DNA of 62,300 nucleotides, filler included, from Fonticula-like sp. SCN 57-25 (Eukaryota): NCBI GenBank assembly GCA_001724245.1. It is 10 parts of 10 records of this genome, joined end to end, with 100 filler letters (N's around TTAATTAATTAA, not from the genome) between each part and the next. Parts side by side here need not be neighbours in the genome. Positions count along the whole stretch, not along the records: positions 56,376 to 62,300 come from MEDX01000500.1; 9 more parts are not named here. One strand, 5' to 3'. Shown piece by piece: positions 58,258 to 62,300 of this stretch (position 1 is its first letter; each line of letters starts with the position of its first letter). The notes under the pieces were generated by a model. It saw only the letters and a program-made list of their open reading frames with translations, ran no database searches and was not told where the DNA came from. The position numbers and the translations under genes were made by a program.

Positions 58258-61200
58258 TCACAGGGCAAGCTCGTCTTCGGGACCCATATCGTCCGAGACG
58301 GCCTGCGCGGGTGGCATAGAAATAGTAGGAGAAGAGGGGTTTGAAAGAGAGGGGAGCCCTTGTCGTCTGGGGAGGGAGACGGGGCTGACGATGTTGCCGG
58401 TGACGGAGCCAGAGGCCGGGAGCAGTTCGCGATCAACGACGCGCGGGCCGCGAGTCTCTTGACTCTCAGACTCGAGCTCGGGCTCTTGCGGCATAGCCTC
58501 GGCGTCAATCTCGGCGTCAAACGAGTCGTCCTCAGGAAGGTCGGGTGTATGACCTGGCCGGGCAGAGCGCTCCTTGAAGGGCTTCAGCCGCGCGACATTG
58601 ACGACCTGGTGCAGCCGTCGGTTGCCGCGTCCTGCGAGACGATACGTGACCGGGCCGAGCTTCTCGATAATGCGAAAAGGTCCCTTCCACAGGCGCGCGA
58701 GCTTGAGCGACGCGCCGCGGGCCACTCGAGGAACATAAAGCCACACTTGCTCACCGGGCTTATACTCGGTCGGCGAGTGACGCGCGTCGTACTCGAGTTG
58801 CTGAGTGCGACGGGCGCGGTCGAGGGAATGGCGGACCGCGTTGTGGGCGTCCTCGAGGGCGTTGACCAGCTCAGCCCGGTAGTCCTCCGTCGTCGACCAC
58901 TGGGCGAGCGGGGCGGCCTCGACGTGCAGGCCGACGTCGGACGGGGTGTACGGGTCGCGGCCGAACGTGAGGTAGAAGGGCGTCTCCTTGGTCGAGGCGT
59001 GCTGTGATGTGTTGTAGGCGAACGCCAGAAGCGAGATGAAACGGTCCCACGACTTTTGTTGCTCGTCCACAAACATAGACACCATCGACTGGAATACTTG
59101 GTTGAGACGCTCCGCTTGGCCGTCCGTCTGGGGGTGGTAGGCGGTCGTGAAAGTTGAACTTGAACCCATCAACGTCGCGGCCGTCTTCACCACCTCAGCC
59201 GTAAAGTGCGTGCCGCGGTCGGTCAGGATGCGCTTGGGGGCGCCGAAACGTGCGATAACGTCGTTGACCAGGTGTTTCGCAGTCGTTGCGGCGTCCGCCT
59301 TGACCGTGGGAATGAACTGACAGAACTTGGTAAAGAGGTCGGTAGTGACCAGCACATATCGATGTCCTTGCGAGGATAGAGGAAAGGGGCCCATGTAGTC
59401 CATGGCGACCGTGGCGAACGGCTCGGTCGAGATGATGGACTGAAGCTCGCCCGGCTTGCCGCCGCGGTTGCGGAATCTCTTTCGTTCTTGGCAACTCGTG
59501 CAGGTGTCGACATAGTGCTTGACCTCCTTGACCATGCCGTCCCAGTAGAACCGCTCGGCGATGCGTTGCAGCGTCCGCAGCTGGCCCTGATGCGCAGCCG
59601 TCGTGTCGTCGTGATGGTCCGCGAGCACACGAGGCTTGAGGGCTTCGGGCACAACGAGGCGCTGGGAGGCGCGGCGGTGCTGCTTGGCGTCCTTGCTTGG
59701 CAGGATCACGAGGCGGTTGTGGTCATCGAGAGCATAAAAGGGAGCGCAGGCCGTGACGCGACGAGCGACGCTCGGCTCAGGTGGCGTGACCTTACTCTCC
59801 AAGAACTTTATAAGCGGGGCTAGGTACGGGTCGCGGCGTTGCTTCGCGGCAAAGTGTTCGGAGTTGGCGTTGGCCGCCGCGGTTGTCGCGGGCGCAGAGT
59901 CAGAGAGCGCGGCGATCGACTCGATAGTGGCGGTCCTCGGCGTTGCGTCGCGCGGGAGCCGTGAAAGGGCGTCGGCGTTGCCGTTGGCGTTGCCTGGCCG
60001 GTAGGCGACCTCGAAGGTGTACTGCTGCAGGAGAGTCGTCCACCGGGCCAGACGCCCTTTCGGCTGCGGGATGGCGAGGAGCCACTTGAGCGGTTCGTGG
60101 TCCGTCTCGACGATGAAGTGTTGACCATAGACGTAATGATCGAAGGAACTTATCGCCCATATCACCGCGAGGCACTCGCGTTCGGTAGCGGAGTAATTCC
60201 GCTCGGCCTTGTCCAGAGCGCGGCTGATGTAGCCCAGAACTCTCTCGTGGCCGTCCGAGCCGGTGCCTAGACGTTGTGCGAGAACGGCGCCGATGCCGAC
60301 TAGGGACGCGTCCGTCTGGATGACGAAAGGCGTGTCGGGTAGCGGCATCGAGAGAACCGGCGCCTGCGCGAGGATGTTCTTGATTGTCTGCGCGGCGGTC
60401 TCGCACTCGGTTGACCATATGAAGGGCGTGTTCTTTCTTGTCAGCTTGTTGAGCGGCTCGGCAATCGTGGCAAAGTTGGGCACAAAGCGACGATAGTAGT
60501 TGACCATGCCGAGGAAACTGCGCAGCTCGCTGACGTTGCTCGGGCTGGGCATCTCGCGCATAGCGGCTACCTTCTCCGGGTCGGTGTGTACGCCGTTGGC
60601 GTCAACGATGTGACCGAGATACTTGATGCTCTCCTTGCCAAACTTGCACTTCTTGAATTGCAGCTGCAGGTTGACCTCCTTGAGCCGACGAAACACTCGC
60701 TCGACGTGGCCGACATGTTGCTCAAAGTCGCGCGAAAAGATGACCACGTCGTCGATATATACGCCGACAAAGTCGTCCATGCCGCGCAGCACGTCCTGCA
60801 TGAGGCGTTGGAATGTCGCAGGCGCGTTACTCAAGCCAAAAGGCATCACAGTCCACTCAAACAGGCCCCACGGAGTCGTGAACGCCGTCTTGGCTCTGTC
60901 TTGGGGCGCCATCGGCACCTGGTGGTAGCCAGAGGCCAGGTCGAGCGTCGTGAAAATGCGAGCGCCAGACATCTTGTCAAAGAGATCCTCAATGCGAGGC
61001 AACGGAAAGCTGTCGCGTGTTGTCTTGCGATTGATCAGTCGATAGTCCATGCAGAGGCGGATGCTCTTGTCGGGCTTGGGGACTAGGACGATCGGTGCCG
61101 CCCACGGACTCGCTGACTCGACGATGAGACCGCGCTTGAGGAGCGCCTCGACCTCGACGCGAGCTGCCCGGTAGCGTTCTGGGCCGAGGCGGTAGGGCGG

Positions 61201-62300
61201 GCGTCGAATCGGCGCGGCGTCGCCCGTTGGAATGTGGTGTTGTACCGCCGACGTCGTGCCGGGTGGGCGGCCGTCCGCGGCAAACACGTCACGAAACTGC
61301 TCGATGATCTTGAGGAGCTCCGGGCTCTGCGTCGCCGCTTGGAGCTGCTCGAGGCTTGGGCCTGGCTCGCGGTAGTCGGGGCTGTCGTCCAGCACGAGGG
61401 CGGGTGGCTCAGGGTCGGCCGCAGCGTCTTGTACGAGCGCGGCGATCAAATCGGCAAAGCGGCCGGCGACGCCGCGCGACGACTGCAGCCGCACTCCCGA
61501 GGCCACTGCCACTTGTGCTGGTTGATCGACGCCTAGCTTGAGCTCGAGACCGAGACTTTGAAGACAGTCCATGCCGAGCACGAGCGAGCTGATAAGGTTC
61601 TCGACGACGAGAAGGTGGAGTGTTATCGGCTCGAGCTCCGTGCCGGCTGGGCGGGCTTGCACAGACGCGACTCCGATCGGCGTCATGCTTGCGCCAGAAG
61701 CGGAGCTTAGAGTGCCTGGCCAATGAGACAGCTGGGCGTCGAGACGGTCGGCGAGTGTCTTGCTCATCACAGACCGTGTCGCGCCAGTGTCGACGAGGGC
61801 TTTGACCTTGACCGGTTGAGCCTTGTTTGGGCTCGTTGAGGACGTAGACTGGAACTTGTGCGGGAGGAGCTCGAATGACACAAAGATGTGTGCGTCGGCG
61901 TCGCGCCCCGCCTCAGTCGTTGTGTCCTGGAATAGTGACGGCTGCTTGCGTCCTTCGTCCGCGTGGAGTGCGCCTCCCCTGCCGGCCTCTGCCAAGGCCA
62001 GCACGGCGACTTCCACGGGCGGCTTGTAATACTTCGGCGTCGGTCCTGCACCATAGGAGGCGACGTCCGGTTGATCATCATGGTGTGATCTTGAAAGTGA
62101 TAGTAGTAGTGGTATGTCGTCGTCGGCCCAGGCAGAGGCCTTGCCTGCCCGTCTTCGAGTGCCGGTCGCACTCGGGTAGCCGTCCGACGTGTGGTCGTCT
62201 GATTGCCCTTCTTCTTGTACTCGTCTTCTCTTGTTGTTGTTGTTGTTGTTGTTGTTTACCGCACTTGTAGGTTCGTCGTCATCTTCCTCCGCTATCATCA
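58258..62300 (-). CDS. pol: Ty3/Gypsy Pol (protease, RT, RNase H, integrase); its N-terminus continues from 56376-56595 through the 99-nt terminal overlap
   Basis: ALVDTGA, YIDD, QTDAS, TDH, HHCC, TDRGTHF, YHPQTDGQAER, WKGPF. Confidence 0.98.
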   Translation of the reverse strand, partial: MIAEEDDDEPTSAVNNNNNNNNKRRRVQEEGQSDDHTSDGYPSATGTRRRAGKASAWADDDIPLLLSLSRSHHDDQPDVASYGAGPTPKYYKPPVEVAVLALAEAGRGGALHADEGRKQPSLFQDTTTEAGRDADAHIFVSFELLPHKFQSTSSTSPNKAQPVKVKALVDTGATRSVMSKTLADRLDAQLSHWPGTLSSASGASMTPIGVASVQARPAGTELEPITLHLLVVENLISSLVLGMDCLQSLGLELKLGVDQPAQVAVASGVRLQSSRGVAGRFADLIAALVQDAAADPEPPALVLDDSPDYREPGPSLEQLQAATQSPELLKIIEQFRDVFAADGRPPGTTSAVQHHIPTGDAAPIRRPPYRLGPERYRAARVEVEALLKRGLIVESASPWAAPIVLVPKPDKSIRLCMDYRLINRKTTRDSFPLPRIEDLFDKMSGARIFTTLDLASGYHQVPMAPQDRAKTAFTTPWGLFEWTVMPFGLSNAPATFQRLMQDVLRGMDDFVGVYIDDVVIFSRDFEQHVGHVERVFRRLKEVNLQLQFKKCKFGKESIKYLGHIVDANGVHTDPEKVAAMREMPSPSNVSELRSFLGMVNYYRRFVPNFATIAEPLNKLTRKNTPFIWSTECETAAQTIKNILAQAPVLSMPLPDTPFVIQTDASLVGIGAVLAQRLGTGSDGHERVLGYISRALDKAERNYSATERECLAVIWAISSFDHYVYGQHFIVETDHEPLKWLLAIPQPKGRLARWTTLLQQYTFEVAYRPGNANGNADALSRLPRDATPRTATIESIAALSDSAPATTAAANANSEHFAAKQRRDPYLAPLIKFLESKVTPPEPSVARRVTACAPFYALDDHNRLVILPSKDAKQHRRASQRLVVPEALKPRVLADHHDDTTAAHQGQLRTLQRIAERFYWDGMVKEVKHYVDTCTSCQERKRFRNRGGKPGELQSIISTEPFATVAMDYMGPFPLSSQGHRYVLVTTDLFTKFCQFIPTVKADAATTAKHLVNDVIARFGAPKRILTDRGTHFTAEVVKTAATLMGSSSTFTTAYHPQTDGQAERLNQVFQSMVSMFVDEQQKSWDRFISLLAFAYNTSQHASTKETPFYLTFGRDPYTPSDVGLHVEAAPLAQWSTTEDYRAELVNALEDAHNAVRHSLDRARRTQQLEYDARHSPTEYKPGEQVWLYVPRVARGASLKLARLWKGPFRIIEKLGPVTYRLAGRGNRRLHQVVNVARLKPFKERSARPGHTPDLPEDDSFDAEIDAEAMPQEPELESESQETRGPRVVDRELLPASGSVTGNIVSPVSLPRRQGLPSLSNPSSPTISMPPAQAVSDDMGPEDELAL

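Overview
The window is ten unrelated contigs of about 6-8 kb, joined by artificial 100-nt N/TTAATTAATTAA linkers. It looks like a eukaryotic (probably protist) metagenome bin and may be chimeric. Most contigs carry standard-code, intron-containing genes: RBM19/MRD1, NBS1, RPL28, eIF3d, DCAF5-like, PABP, an ADF-H protein, dTMP kinase, MED23, an SREBP-like factor and a CoA-transferase. Two contigs are transposons: a spliced AcademX-like element, and a circularly permuted Ty3/Gypsy element with a clear -1 frameshift signal. Two observations stand out. (1) Contig 1 holds a virus-like element with a Polinton-type integrase (432-1514, minus strand) and a divergent 1409-aa tail-fibre gene ending in a Peptidase_S74-like chaperone (1617-5846). 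Together these genes contain 20 in-frame TAG codons, no internal TAA or TGA, and both end in TAA, which points to TAG-only reassignment (probably Gln). The ORF track fragments both genes. (2) Contig 7 encodes a patatin phospholipase fused to a C-terminal region resembling the EP domain of the plant EDS1/PAD4/SAG101 immune family. All family assignments come from manual motif recognition, not database searches.
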